Positions 30,753 to 41,149 are shown, counted from the first letter of the stretch. The stretch is 64,000 nucleotides of DNA from Thermodesulfobacteriota bacterium (GCA_030583865.1 CP129479.1:196744-260743), one strand, 5' to 3'. The notes: generated from the letters alone by a model not told the origin. Made by a program: numbers and translations.

Positions 30753-31731
30753 TAAGCTGCCTGTTCCCCGAGAGGTTGAAGAATTCGAGGGCCTTTTCCG
30801 GCTCGTTCTCCTTCATTGCGGCATACCCGAGCTCATCCGCCCTCTTCGCCACCTTCGCCACCGGCTCGCCCTCGCCGGCAAAGGAGTAGAATTCTATGGC
30901 GTCGTACAGGTCGTTTACGGAAGTCCTTTTGACGGCATCCTCGGCCCTGCGCGCCGCGCGCGAGTAGACCCGCGCCTTTCCTGGCTCCCCGATCAGGGCG
31001 GCCCATTTCAGGGCCGACTCGAGGATAGCCAGGGATTCCTCGCAGTCACTCGTCCCGGCATACGACCGTTCCTCCTTCAGCAGCAATGAATCCAGGCTCG
31101 AGGAGGCGGCCCCCCTGAGCCCGGCCAGATGGGCCGGGTCCACGGAGTAGCCCGGGAGATTCAGGCGCTCCCTCGACCTGAAGTGCCTGAAGGCCCTTTC
31201 GGCTGAATCAAGGTCGGCAGGGGCTGATTTCACGGACTTCATGACGAGCGAGTCGGATTCCCTGTAATTGTAAGTGGCCTCATACCAGTCGTACGCGCCG
31301 GCTGAGCGCTCGATCTCAACTCTCATTCCGCCGGAGGATGCCACGCAGAGCCCGGGCACGGCCGTCTCGTACGGGTTAGGCGAAATCAATATGTGCCTGG
31401 CCCATCTCCGGCAGTCCTCGTCAGGCACCCTGGCCAGTATGTTCTTCCCGGAAAAAAACCTGCCTTCCTTTTCGGCAGATGACCCCATCCTGGCGCCGAT
31501 GCGCTGAAGGCCTTTTCTGGCCTCGGCGCGTTTTCCGCAGAACGAGTCCGCTGCCCTGAAAAAAAGGAGCGCCTCCAGCGCGTGCCCGGCCTTTTCCGCA
31601 GCCAGGCCGTTTTCAAGATAGGAGTCGAGCTTCTCGACGTCAGCGTGGTTGCACATGGCGTCGCCGTAAGCGTGGCCCGAAAAGGTTAGGGCCGTGAAGA
31701 TGACGATCATAGACTTTGAAAGGATTCCCAT
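30667..31731 (-). CDS. Secreted hypothetical protein
   Basis: N-terminal signal-like segment and TPR-like helical composition. Its 3' end overlaps the slt 3' end by 86 bp in convergent orientation. Confidence 0.45.
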   Translation of the reverse strand: MGILSKSMIVIFTALTFSGHAYGDAMCNHADVEKLDSYLENGLAAEKAGHALEALLFFRAADSFCGKRAEARKGLQRIGARMGSSAEKEGRFFSGKNILARVPDEDCRRWARHILISPNPYETAVPGLCVASSGGMRVEIERSAGAYDWYEATYNYRESDSLVMKSVKSAPADLDSAERAFRHFRSRERLNLPGYSVDPAHLAGLRGAASSSLDSLLLKEERSYAGTSDCEESLAILESALKWAALIGEPGKARVYSRAARRAEDAVKRTSVNDLYDAIEFYSFAGEGEPVAKVAKRADELGYAAMKENEPEKALEFFNLSGNRQLIKKAESLAEKVRKARSKGKKGEDPARSL

Positions 31732-31934
31732 GCGCGAGTCAGCATTCGGGCGGCCACGGCAGAGGCTGCCCGCTCTCTTTTTCTGGATGATAATGAATAC
31801 AGGCCGGCGGCCGGATGCCCGCCTGTCATTTCGGTTTCAGGTTGGACTGGGACATGCTATCCTTAGCACGACCAGGGCCGTCTGTCAAGGCGTAACGCCC
31901 TGCCGTGGCGCGGCTTTGAGCCCCGGGAATTCCG

Positions 31935-33206
31935 GTGTACAATCAAGGTATGGACCCTTCGCCTGCGCTTATCTTCATAGTGGGACTGTATCTGGCCTCA
32001 ACGGGGGCCGGTCTTGTCCTCGAATTTCTGAACATCAGGAGGCTTAACGAGAGGTGGGGCGAGGTGCCGCCCGGCTTCGAGGGGCGCATCGACCGGGATT
32101 CCCTCGCGCTCTCAAGGGAATACACGGTCGAGAACGCAAGGCTCGCGATGGCAGAGAAGCTCGCCGGGTCTCTTGCCTCGGCCGTTTTCGTGCTATTCCT
32201 CCTCAAGCCCTATGACAGGTGGATAGATTCGCTGGGGGGCGGCTTCATAGCATCCGGGGCGGTCTTTTTCATGCTCCTTCTGCTTGCGGAGACCCTGCTG
32301 AGCGCGCCTTTTGCCTTCTGGCGCGTCTTCAGGATAGAGAGGAAGTTCGGGTTCAGCGCAATGACCCCGGGGCTATGGGCCGCCGACCTGGCCAAGTCCA
32401 TAGCCGTCTCGTCGGCGCTGGCCCTCCTCTTCATATGCGCCGCGCTCTGGATAGTCTCACTCAGCCCGGGGCTATGGTGGTTCTGGCTATGGCTCCTTTT
32501 CATCGGGTTTACGGTATTCATGATGTACGTTTCGCCGCACCTGATAGAGCCGCTTTTCAACAGGTTCGACGAGGTCGACGACCCGGGCCTCAGGGACGGC
32601 ATAAGGGAGGTCCTTAAAAAAGCCGGCATACGGGCCGGCAAGGTCCTCAAGGTGGACGCATCGAGGCGCACCTCGCATACGAACGCCTATTTCACCGGGA
32701 TAGGGAGCGTAAAGAGGATAGTGCTCTACGATACGCTTTTGGAAAAGCTCGGGAAGGAGGAGATAATCTCGGTCCTCGCCCACGAGGCCGGACACTGGAA
32801 GGGGCGCCATCTCCTCAAGGGCCTGACAGCGACGGCGCTCATCGGACTCGCGGCGCTACATGTCTCCTACAGGGTGATTGGAAGCGGACTTCTCGAGAGG
32901 GCCTTCGGATTCGAGGGCGCCTCGCTTTACGCGCAAATCGTGCTCCTGGGCTTACTCGCATCCATAGCCGCCTTCTTTTTTATTCCCGTTTTCACGTGGC
33001 TCTCCAGGCGGCGAGAGATGGGGGCTGACCGGTTCGCAGCCGAGATTAGCGGCGACCCGTCCTCGATGGCATCGGCGCTAATTAAGCTATCCAGGGACAA
33101 CCTCTCGAACCTGCACCCGCACCCGCTTTATGCCGCGTTCCACTACTCGCATCCGCCAGTGGCCGAACGTGTAAGGGAATTGCGGAAGACTGGAGAGGGA
33201 ACCTGA
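31935..33206 (+). CDS. M48-family zinc metalloprotease (Ste24/CAAX-protease-like), integral membrane
   Basis: Multiple TM segments. HExxH motif (HEAGHW) with a downstream Glu. Confidence 0.8.
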   Translation: MYNQGMDPSPALIFIVGLYLASTGAGLVLEFLNIRRLNERWGEVPPGFEGRIDRDSLALSREYTVENARLAMAEKLAGSLASAVFVLFLLKPYDRWIDSLGGGFIASGAVFFMLLLLAETLLSAPFAFWRVFRIERKFGFSAMTPGLWAADLAKSIAVSSALALLFICAALWIVSLSPGLWWFWLWLLFIGFTVFMMYVSPHLIEPLFNRFDEVDDPGLRDGIREVLKKAGIRAGKVLKVDASRRTSHTNAYFTGIGSVKRIVLYDTLLEKLGKEEIISVLAHEAGHWKGRHLLKGLTATALIGLAALHVSYRVIGSGLLERAFGFEGASLYAQIVLLGLLASIAAFFFIPVFTWLSRRREMGADRFAAEISGDPSSMASALIKLSRDNLSNLHPHPLYAAFHYSHPPVAERVRELRKTGEGT

Positions 33207-33261
33207 GCCTCATAGTAATGGGAGCGAAAGGCCCTAAAGCAGGCGGCTTTCGGCATGAGCA

Positions 33262-33642
33262 AAAAACTTTTTCCGCGCTGCCGCGCGGTTTTCGAGGGCA
33301 AGGCTCGCTTGCTAACCCCCTCCCCCACCCCGTGAACGGACCCCTGAAGTCGCTTCGCTCCTGGCTTCCCCGGCCCGTTCACGCTCCGCCTCCCTTATGC
33401 AGCGCTCGCCTTACCCTCCGGGGTTTGTTTCAAGACAAAAAAGGACTTTTACAGCACTTTTGTTTTTGCATTTAAAACAACCCAGGGCATAAGGCGGAGC
33501 GAACATAGGGTTGGAGGAGGGGCGGGCGAGGCGGGGCAGCAGGAGCGAGGCCAAAGGCCGAGCGACTTAAGGGCCGAGCCCGGAGGATGGAGGCGGAAGG
33601 GAGCGGAGCCTTATGCCCAAAAAGAGCGCGGCAGCGCGTGAA
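33262..33642 (+). repeat. Repeat family D, copy 2 (~380 bp, internally palindromic with an AT-rich centre)
   Basis: Inverse of copy 1 (9532..10050). Terminal inverted repeats TTTTTCCGCGCTGCCGCGCGG / CGCGGCAGCGCG. Confidence 0.8.
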
Positions 33643-33698
33643 ATAGGTCTTTTCGAGAGAGACCGATTTGATCCGAACACAAAAGGCCGTGGTTACCC

Positions 33699-34484
33699 TC
33701 AGCGCGCCGCCTCATGGGTGTCGAGCAGGAGCTTAAGGAACATCTTTACCTCGTCCTGCGCTATGAGGTGGAAGGCGGCCTCATCTGCCTCGCACCCCAC
33801 ATGCACCGAGAGCCCTTCAGGGCCGAGCGCCCTGTAGGCGTCCTTGTCGGTCTCGTCGTCGCCGATAAAGATGGGCGTCGTGCCCCTGAAGCGTTTTCTG
33901 CCGAGCATCCAGAGTACCGCCCGGCCTTTGTCCCAGTTGACCCTGGCCTTTATCTCGAAGGCCCTCTTGCTCTCCGCGAGGCGGACCCGGCCCCGCGAAA
34001 GGGCGGGAGCTACGGCCTTGTCGAACCCCTCCTTGAAAAGGGGGAACTGCCGCGAGCCGAGAAGCCTGTAGTGGACGGTGTGCGAAGCACCCTTGTTTTC
34101 GAAAATCACGCCCTTCCACCTCTCCTCCAGCTCCGAGAGCGCGGGCGCGAGCCCGTCCAGCTCTTCTCGCGCGGCGCGCCCTATGTCGTATGTCATGGTG
34201 AAGTCCGGAGCGGCGGCCTCAAGGCCGTGGTTCCCGGCGTACGCGACCCCGTCGATGCCGACTAGGGACATTATGTCCGCAAGGCCCCTGCCCGAGACTA
34301 TCGCCACCGGCATGGAGACGGCGAGCGTCCTGACGAGCTCCTTCATCTGGAAGGAGAGGCGCGCGTCCTCGGGCCTGCCGGCCACCGGGGTAAGCGTGCC
34401 GTCATAGTCGAGGAAAAGGGAGACGTCCCTATCTTTTAAGCACGACCGCGCTTCCTCCATGGATTTCAGAAGGTATCTGCTCAT
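33699..34484 (-). CDS. otsB: Trehalose-6-phosphate phosphatase
   Basis: HAD-family motifs (LFLDYDGTLTP, GDDETDKDA). Confidence 0.8.
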   Translation of the reverse strand: MSRYLLKSMEEARSCLKDRDVSLFLDYDGTLTPVAGRPEDARLSFQMKELVRTLAVSMPVAIVSGRGLADIMSLVGIDGVAYAGNHGLEAAAPDFTMTYDIGRAAREELDGLAPALSELEERWKGVIFENKGASHTVHYRLLGSRQFPLFKEGFDKAVAPALSRGRVRLAESKRAFEIKARVNWDKGRAVLWMLGRKRFRGTTPIFIGDDETDKDAYRALGPEGLSVHVGCEADEAAFHLIAQDEVKMFLKLLLDTHEAAR

Positions 34485-35889
34485 CCTGTATCCTTTTCAT
34501 CGCCGAGAATATGTCTTCCACCCAGCGGTAGATGTCGTGCTTTCTCACGTGCGCCCTGGCCTGCAAGAGCTTCCTTTTCCTGCCTTCAGGGTCGGTCTCC
34601 AGGGCGGCCTTCATCGCGTCAACGCAGGCCTCGGTGTCGTAGGGGTTTATGACGGTAACGCCCGGGATCTCCTCTGAGGCGCCGGCGAACTCGCTTATGA
34701 GGATGCTCCCGGAGAGGTCGAGCTGGGAGGCGAGGAACTCCTTGGCGACGAGGTTCATGCCGTCATAGACGGAGCTTATGACCCCGAGGTCGGCCCTCCT
34801 GTAAAGGGCGGCAAGCTCGGTGTGCGAGAGGTTCGAGGTGATGTACTCGACGGGCCTCCAGCCGTCGCTTCCGAAACGCCTGTTTATGGATTCCACCTTG
34901 CGCTCGACCCGCTCCATGTAGCTTAGGAAGGGCTCGACCTTCCGGGTGGGGACCGCGACCTTTATGAACGTGAACTTTCTCCTGTACCTGGGGTATTTGG
35001 TGAAGAAGAGCTCAACCGCCTCAAGGCATTTTATTACGCCCTTGGTGTAGTCGAGCCGGTTGACGCTAAGGCCCAGCTTGAGGTGCCCGAGCTCCCGCTT
35101 CCTCAAAAACCTCGTTATGAAGGATTCTGCTTCAGGTGAAGCGGCAGCGGCCTCGAACCAGCCGAAGTCCACGCTAATGGGGAAGGTCCGGAGACGCGTA
35201 AGCCGTCCCTTATGCCTTATTGCGCCTTCGACCGGGTCCACCTCGGCGCCCAGTTCCCTTTCCGCGCAGGTCATGAAATTCTGCATGAAACTCGGGAGCT
35301 GGAAACCCAGCAGGTCGTTCGCGAGGAGCCCTTCGAGCAGCTCCTTTTTCTGCGGGCATATCCTGAAGACCCCGTGGGGCGGCCAGGGTATGTGCCAGAA
35401 GAGCGAGACGAAAGCCTCAGGCCGGAGAGCCCGTATCCCCGCAGCGGCAAGCGCAAGGTGGTAGTCCTGCAGCCATATTATCGAGTTTTCCCCGGCTTCC
35501 TCGGCAACGGCCTTCGCGAAAAGACCGTTGACTCTCGTATAGCTCCGCCAGTACGAGCGGGTGAGGTAGATCCTGTCGAGAGTTATATGGCAGAGCGGCC
35601 AAAGGAACCGGTTGGAGTATCCGTTATAGTAGCCTTCGATGTCGTTTGAGCTCAGGGGAACAAGGCGCAGGGTGTAGGACGGGGAGTCGGGCGGCACCTG
35701 GATCCTGAGCGGCCCGTCTTTCTTATCGCCTTTCGGGTTTGAGGCTATCCAGACGCCCCTTGTGGCCTGCATCAGCGGGTCGAGCGCGGAGACCAGCCCG
35801 CCCACGGTCTTCTGGAGTCTGCCCTTGTTTAGGCTGTAAGGCTCCCGGTTTGAGACGATGATTATTTTTTTTTGGTCGAGTCCTTCCAT
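34429..35889 (-). CDS. otsA: Alpha,alpha-trehalose-phosphate synthase (GT20)
   Basis: 486 aa with OtsA motifs (WIHDYHL-like WLQDYHL, NRLDYTKG). Confidence 0.85.
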   Translation of the reverse strand: MEGLDQKKIIIVSNREPYSLNKGRLQKTVGGLVSALDPLMQATRGVWIASNPKGDKKDGPLRIQVPPDSPSYTLRLVPLSSNDIEGYYNGYSNRFLWPLCHITLDRIYLTRSYWRSYTRVNGLFAKAVAEEAGENSIIWLQDYHLALAAAGIRALRPEAFVSLFWHIPWPPHGVFRICPQKKELLEGLLANDLLGFQLPSFMQNFMTCAERELGAEVDPVEGAIRHKGRLTRLRTFPISVDFGWFEAAAASPEAESFITRFLRKRELGHLKLGLSVNRLDYTKGVIKCLEAVELFFTKYPRYRRKFTFIKVAVPTRKVEPFLSYMERVERKVESINRRFGSDGWRPVEYITSNLSHTELAALYRRADLGVISSVYDGMNLVAKEFLASQLDLSGSILISEFAGASEEIPGVTVINPYDTEACVDAMKAALETDPEGRKRKLLQARAHVRKHDIYRWVEDIFSAMKRIQDEQIPSEIHGGSAVVLKR

Positions 35890-36028
35890 AAGTAAGCTTC
35901 TTTTTCCTGCCCGCCACGAGAACAGGCCAGCATCTATTTTAGCGGTTAAGGGCAGGAATGCAACACTTAATAGATTTTATGAAAAGAAAACAGGGGGTTA
36001 GGAGGTGTTCAGGCGGGGTGGAGGGGCC

Positions 36029-37243
36029 TCAGATATAGATCACCTTCTCATCCCTTCTTTCAAGGGCTGTCCAGATCCCGAGGTAGTTTCTGATGTTGCG
36101 GGTCGTAAGGAAGTTCCTCCTGATATGTTCCCTCCCTGCCTCGCCCATCCTCTCCGCCCTTTCCGGATTCTCAAGGAGCTGCCGTATCCTGTATGCGGTC
36201 CCTTCCACCGAATGGACCAGGAACCCCGTGACGCCTTCGATGACCTGGAGCGGTATGCCGCCCGCGTCACCGGCTATCACCGGCTTTTTCTTCCAGAGCG
36301 CCTCTGCGACGACCAGGCCGAAGCCCTCGCGGGTCGATTTCTGAAGGACTATGTCGGCCCCCCTCTGGAGCGCGTTCACCTCCCGGTCGCTGAAGGGCGG
36401 GAGAAGCAGTATGTGTATGTCCGGGTCGCCTGCCGCTTTTTCCTCGACCTCGGCGAGCACCTTCTCTCCCTCGGGGTCGTCTGTCGCGGTCCCTCCGGCG
36501 AGGACAAGCCTGCAGTCGTGGTATTTTTTCGCGAGCTTATAAGCCTCTATGACGCCCAGCGGGTCCTTGAACGGGTCGAACCTCGAGACCTGCAGGAGCA
36601 CAGGCTTGTCGAGCGGCACGCCGAGCCGCTCGTATATGCCCCGCACCTCCTCGTCCTCGATGTGGACGTTCTTTTCGGCAAGGGGGTCTATGGTGGGCTG
36701 TATGAGAAATTGGTGGATGGGGAGTGACTGGGCGAAGTTCGCGACCGAGAATATCGACCCGTCGTACTTTTCGACCATGTCCTTCAGCTGGTGCCAGGTG
36801 CTCCTGTCGGGCGAGGAGATGTCGATATGGCACCTCCATATCCAGGTGCCCCTTTTTCTGTAATCGATGAACATGGCAGGCTGCGGGTCGTGGATTACGA
36901 CGAAGTCCGCGTCAAGGTCTATCCGCCCCGCATTCTCCCTGTTCACGCGGGCGTATTCCTCCCACATATCCTTCGTGAGTGGCCTCCCCCTGCCCTGCAG
37001 GGAATTATGGATGTTCTTCGTTACCTCGAAGAAGGGCCGGTCTGCCTGCATGACCTCCCACCTTACGTCCAGGCCGATGTCCTTGAAAAGCGGCACCATC
37101 CTGGTGAGGAGCTCCGCGACCCCGCCCCCTGCAGCTGTCGAGTTCACGTGGAGCATCTTCCTGCCCGCGAGGACCGAGGCCATCCGCTCTATCGCGCGGA
37201 GGTCCCCGGGCTCGGCTATGCCTTCGTAGTCCTTGAGGCTCAC
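36029..37243 (-). CDS. treT: GT4 glycosyltransferase, TreT-like trehalose glycosyltransferring synthase
   Basis: LHVNSTAAGGGVAELL...WIWRCHIDIS...REGFGLVV resembles archaeal/Thermotoga TreT as I remember those sequences. Confidence 0.6.
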   Translation of the reverse strand: MSLKDYEGIAEPGDLRAIERMASVLAGRKMLHVNSTAAGGGVAELLTRMVPLFKDIGLDVRWEVMQADRPFFEVTKNIHNSLQGRGRPLTKDMWEEYARVNRENAGRIDLDADFVVIHDPQPAMFIDYRKRGTWIWRCHIDISSPDRSTWHQLKDMVEKYDGSIFSVANFAQSLPIHQFLIQPTIDPLAEKNVHIEDEEVRGIYERLGVPLDKPVLLQVSRFDPFKDPLGVIEAYKLAKKYHDCRLVLAGGTATDDPEGEKVLAEVEEKAAGDPDIHILLLPPFSDREVNALQRGADIVLQKSTREGFGLVVAEALWKKKPVIAGDAGGIPLQVIEGVTGFLVHSVEGTAYRIRQLLENPERAERMGEAGREHIRRNFLTTRNIRNYLGIWTALERRDEKVIYI

Positions 37244-37890
37244 AGCGCCTCCTCGATAAGCGCGGCTATCTTGTCCCTGAGCACCTCGGTCGAATACATA
37301 TAAGGGTCGAGCGATTTTATCCTTGCCGCTATGCCGGGGCGGTTGAGCGAGGTGGAAAGGTATTCGCTGAAGTCGTCCGTCGGCCTGCCGAGCCTGAGCC
37401 TTGCCTCGTAGAAATGGAAATATATGCTCGAGAAGTCGACCTCCCGGAGCTTCTGCAGGAAATCGTGGAGCTGGGGCCCGGACTCCATGGAGGTCGGCAG
37501 CACTATCGTGATGCCTTCGTTGAACATGAACTCGCGCCCTGGCAGGACCGGCCTCGGGGGCGGGTAATTATCGAGGTACTCGTGTATTATCCTCATGAGC
37601 TCGGAGCGAAGGTCCTCTGTTTTCGCGAACTCGAACGGGTTCACGTTCGCGAGCGCCTCGGCCAGGAGCGGCTCGCCTAGCGATTCCGAGACCCATACCG
37701 CGAAGTCGTTCGGGAACTCGGGCTCTACCGCGTGCGGCTTCAGGAAATACTGGTGCATGTGGTGGAAGATGGACTCGCGGCTTACGTCCTTCATTATGTC
37801 CAGGAGGTCGAGGATGTCCGCGGCCTTGCGGCCGGTAAGGGTCGTGAGCGCGAAGCACTCGTAAAACCTGAATGTCTTCTCCTCTGCCAT
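37240..37890 (-). CDS. Conserved hypothetical protein; first gene of the trehalose operon
   Basis: 216 aa with no recognised motif. Overlaps treT by 4 nt. Confidence 0.5.
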   Translation of the reverse strand: MAEEKTFRFYECFALTTLTGRKAADILDLLDIMKDVSRESIFHHMHQYFLKPHAVEPEFPNDFAVWVSESLGEPLLAEALANVNPFEFAKTEDLRSELMRIIHEYLDNYPPPRPVLPGREFMFNEGITIVLPTSMESGPQLHDFLQKLREVDFSSIYFHFYEARLRLGRPTDDFSEYLSTSLNRPGIAARIKSLDPYMYSTEVLRDKIAALIEEAL

Positions 37891-38206
37891 TTGTCCCCTG
37901 TTATGCGCATGTAAGGCCCGGCAAATAACGGCGGTCCTTTTATCTGACCGTAACAGAGCGATTGCGCCATGTCAAGGATAAGCGGGCCGGCTGTCCGGAG
38001 ATTAAAAATGGCCTGAACCCCGCCGACTGCGCGGATTCGGGCTATAATACCTCGTTGGAAATCCGGTATCAGCGCCGTTTAATAAAGACGGTGCGCAAGA
38101 TGCGGCGTCAATCTTCCATTTAGGCCTGTTGCAATAAAACATTTAAAAGCTCAACGAGACTTGTTATATTTGGGAAGGCTCGGAGCGCGCGCGGGAGGTG
38201 AAGAGA

Positions 38207-41149
38207 ATGGTGAACAGGGACTCCGGTATCGACTTCATCGGGCAGGTGCCCTGGGGCACGCATCTCTGCCAGTTCTACGGCACGGAAAACGACCACATGG
38301 ACATGGCCGTCCCTTTCATAGCCGCGGGCCTCAAGTCGAACGAGCGCTGCGTCTTCATAGCCTCCGGAAGAGAGCAGCAGGAACGCGCGCTAAAGGCGTT
38401 AGAGAGGGCGGTCCCCGAGCTCGAGAAGCGCATATCAGGGCGTGAGCTCGAATTTCAGGGCCATGAGTGGTATTGCAAGGACGGGTCGTTTGAGCCCGAA
38501 GAAGTAATCCGCTCCTGGACCGAGATGCACGACAGGGCATTGAAGGCCGGATTCGAGGGGCTGAGAGTAGTCGGCAACACGCTCTGGCTCGAAAAGAAGC
38601 TCTGGAAGAGCTTCATGGAATACGAAGAGGCGGTCAGCGGCGTAATCAGGAAGCTCAATATGCTGGCCCTCTGCACCTACCCGGTCGGAGCGTGCGGGGC
38701 CGCGGAGCTCCTGGAAGCGGCCGCGAGCCACAAACCGGCCATAATAAAGTGCAACGGGCAATGGAGGTCGATAGAGGGCTTAGGGCATAAGGCCTCCGAG
38801 AGCGCCCTCAAGGAAAGCGAGCGCCGGTACAGGCTCCTTACGGAGTTCACGTCCGATATCGTCTTCAGGATGTCCATAAGGCCGGACGGCGGGCTGGACC
38901 TCGAGTGGATAACCGAGGCCTTTGAGAACGTATCGGGGTACGGCAACTGGGAGATATCCTCCTCCGAAAGCCTTGAGAAGCTCATTCACCCGGAGGACGC
39001 GCGGGAGTACCGGGACATGCTCGCGTCGGTATTGTCCGGCAGGCAGTCGGATTCGGAGGTCAGGTACATTTCCAGGGCCTCGGAGGTCCGCTGGCTCAAG
39101 CTCTATGCCCTGCCCGAATATTACGAGGGGACCAGGATAATAAAGGGGGTAATCGGGCGCGGCAAGGACATAACCCGGAGGAAAAGGGCGGAGGAGAGGC
39201 TTAGGGACTCCGAAAGGAAGCACAGGGGGCTCTTCGAGTCCATAAGCGAAGGGATACTGGAGACCTCGCTTGACGGCGCGGTCATCGACTGCAACCAGGC
39301 CTGCCTGGACATGCTCGGCTATTCGAGGGACGAGCTGAAGACGCTCTCGATCTCCGGGATTGCCGGGCCGCCGAAAGGGGGGGCATCGGATGAAAGCCCG
39401 TCCGGCGAGCGCGAATACGAATACGAGTGCCGCAGGAAAGACGGCTCAACCGTCCCGGTCTGCCAGAGGACCATGCCCATAAGGGACGCGTCAGGCGCCG
39501 TCGTCGGCGCGTGGCTGGTGCTCAAGGACCTTTCTCCCCTTAAGGAGGCCTGCAGGGAGCTCGACGCCAGGGTAGAGGAGGGGACCCGTGAGCTTAGGGA
39601 ACTGGTCTCAATCCACAGGGCGGGCGAGGAGCGCTTCAGGGCCCTGGTCGAGACGACGAGCGACTGGGTCTGGGAGACCGATCCCGAGGGCGCGTACACA
39701 TACGTGAGCCCGAAGGTCCTGGAGTTACTGGGCTACAGGCCGGAGGAGGTGGCCGGGAGAAACAGGTTCGATTTCATGGCCCCGGACGAGGCGCAATGCA
39801 TGAGGGCCGCCTTCAGTGAGATAGCCGCGGTCAGGAAGCCCTTTTCTCTCGTCGAGATCCGGAAGACAAGGAAAGACGGAAGGATGGTCATCATCGAGAC
39901 GAGCGGCGCGCCCATACTGGACCCCAACGGGAGCCTCCTCGGCTACAGGGGTGTCGACAGGGACATAACCGCAAGGAAGGTAGAGGAAGAGGAGCGGGGC
40001 AGGATACAGGACCAGCTCATCCAGTCCCAGAAGATGGAGGCCATAGGCGCCCTTGCCGGAGGCATAGCCCACGACTTCAATAACCTGATGGTGGTCATAA
40101 AGCTCAACGCCGAGCTTGCCCTGAAACGAGAGCAGCAGAAAGGCGACATAAGCGCCTTCCTCGAGCAGATAGGCATAGCCTCGGAAAGGGCCGAGAACCT
40201 TACGAGGCAGCTCCTCATATTCAGCCGAAAGCAGCCCACCCAGACGAGGGCCCTGAACCTCAATGCCAAGGTCGACAACATGCTCAGGATACTCAAGCGA
40301 CTCATAGGCGAGAATATCCGCATAAAGACCTTCTTCGACCCCGGGATAAAGAAGATAAGGGCAGACAAGGTCAATATCGAGCAGATCGTAATGAACCTGG
40401 TCATAAACGCCAGGGACGCGCTCCCGAGGGGCGGGACCATTACCATAAGGACCGACAACGTCGAGGTCTCCGGGAGCGATTCGGCCCGGACAGCCTCTCT
40501 CTCGGCCGGCGCATACGCCAGGCTGACGGTGGAGGACGACGGGGTCGGTATTGAAGGCGGCGTCATAAGGCGCATCTTCGAGCCCTTTTTCACCACCAAG
40601 GGCCCGCGCGGCACAGGCCTAGGCCTCGCCGTAGTACACGGCATAGTTAAAGAGCTCAAGGGCTGGATAGACGTGGAGAGCAAGTCCGGAGCGGGCGCCA
40701 GGTTCGAGGTCTATCTGCCGGCCATGGAATGGATTGAGGAGGCGGAGGCAAAACGGCCCCCCGAAGGGCCGCTCCTGGGCAAGGGCGAAAGGGTGCTCGT
40801 CGTGGAGGACGAGAAGCTCCTCCGGAAAAGCGTTGCCGTTGTGCTCGCACGGAACGGCTACAGGGTCTTCGAGGCCTCCTCGGCAAAGGAAGCCATCGAG
40901 CTCTTTGAGAAGGAGAAGGGCATCTTCGACCTCGTCTTCAGCGACATGGTCCTCGAGGACAAGGACGGGGTGCGCCTCGTCGACGACCTCCGGGCAAGGA
41001 ACTCCGCCTTCAAGGCGCTCATCACAAGCGGGTACCTGAACGTTGAGTCGCAGTGGCCGGCCATAAGGGACCGTGGGTTCAACTTCCTCCAGAAGCCTTA
41101 CGAGGTGACCGACCTCCTGAGGTCGATACGGAACGCCATAGAGAACTGA
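38207..41149 (+). CDS. Hybrid sensor histidine kinase (MEDS + PAS x3 + HisKA + HATPase + receiver)
   Basis: N-terminal MEDS-like segment (HLCQFYGTENDH). H-box HDFNN. Terminal receiver domain. RBS GGGAGGTG precedes the ATG at 38207. Confidence 0.8.
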   Translation: MVNRDSGIDFIGQVPWGTHLCQFYGTENDHMDMAVPFIAAGLKSNERCVFIASGREQQERALKALERAVPELEKRISGRELEFQGHEWYCKDGSFEPEEVIRSWTEMHDRALKAGFEGLRVVGNTLWLEKKLWKSFMEYEEAVSGVIRKLNMLALCTYPVGACGAAELLEAAASHKPAIIKCNGQWRSIEGLGHKASESALKESERRYRLLTEFTSDIVFRMSIRPDGGLDLEWITEAFENVSGYGNWEISSSESLEKLIHPEDAREYRDMLASVLSGRQSDSEVRYISRASEVRWLKLYALPEYYEGTRIIKGVIGRGKDITRRKRAEERLRDSERKHRGLFESISEGILETSLDGAVIDCNQACLDMLGYSRDELKTLSISGIAGPPKGGASDESPSGEREYEYECRRKDGSTVPVCQRTMPIRDASGAVVGAWLVLKDLSPLKEACRELDARVEEGTRELRELVSIHRAGEERFRALVETTSDWVWETDPEGAYTYVSPKVLELLGYRPEEVAGRNRFDFMAPDEAQCMRAAFSEIAAVRKPFSLVEIRKTRKDGRMVIIETSGAPILDPNGSLLGYRGVDRDITARKVEEEERGRIQDQLIQSQKMEAIGALAGGIAHDFNNLMVVIKLNAELALKREQQKGDISAFLEQIGIASERAENLTRQLLIFSRKQPTQTRALNLNAKVDNMLRILKRLIGENIRIKTFFDPGIKKIRADKVNIEQIVMNLVINARDALPRGGTITIRTDNVEVSGSDSARTASLSAGAYARLTVEDDGVGIEGGVIRRIFEPFFTTKGPRGTGLGLAVVHGIVKELKGWIDVESKSGAGARFEVYLPAMEWIEEAEAKRPPEGPLLGKGERVLVVEDEKLLRKSVAVVLARNGYRVFEASSAKEAIELFEKEKGIFDLVFSDMVLEDKDGVRLVDDLRARNSAFKALITSGYLNVESQWPAIRDRGFNFLQKPYEVTDLLRSIRNAIEN

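Noticed and set aside
9532-33642. Inverted D repeats as ends of a composite transposon or genomic island
   Set aside because: The 23-kb interior is housekeeping (uvrA, pyk, mscL, slt, mltD) with the same GC content and no transposase, integrase or tRNA. An inversion substrate is plausible, but a mobile island is not.
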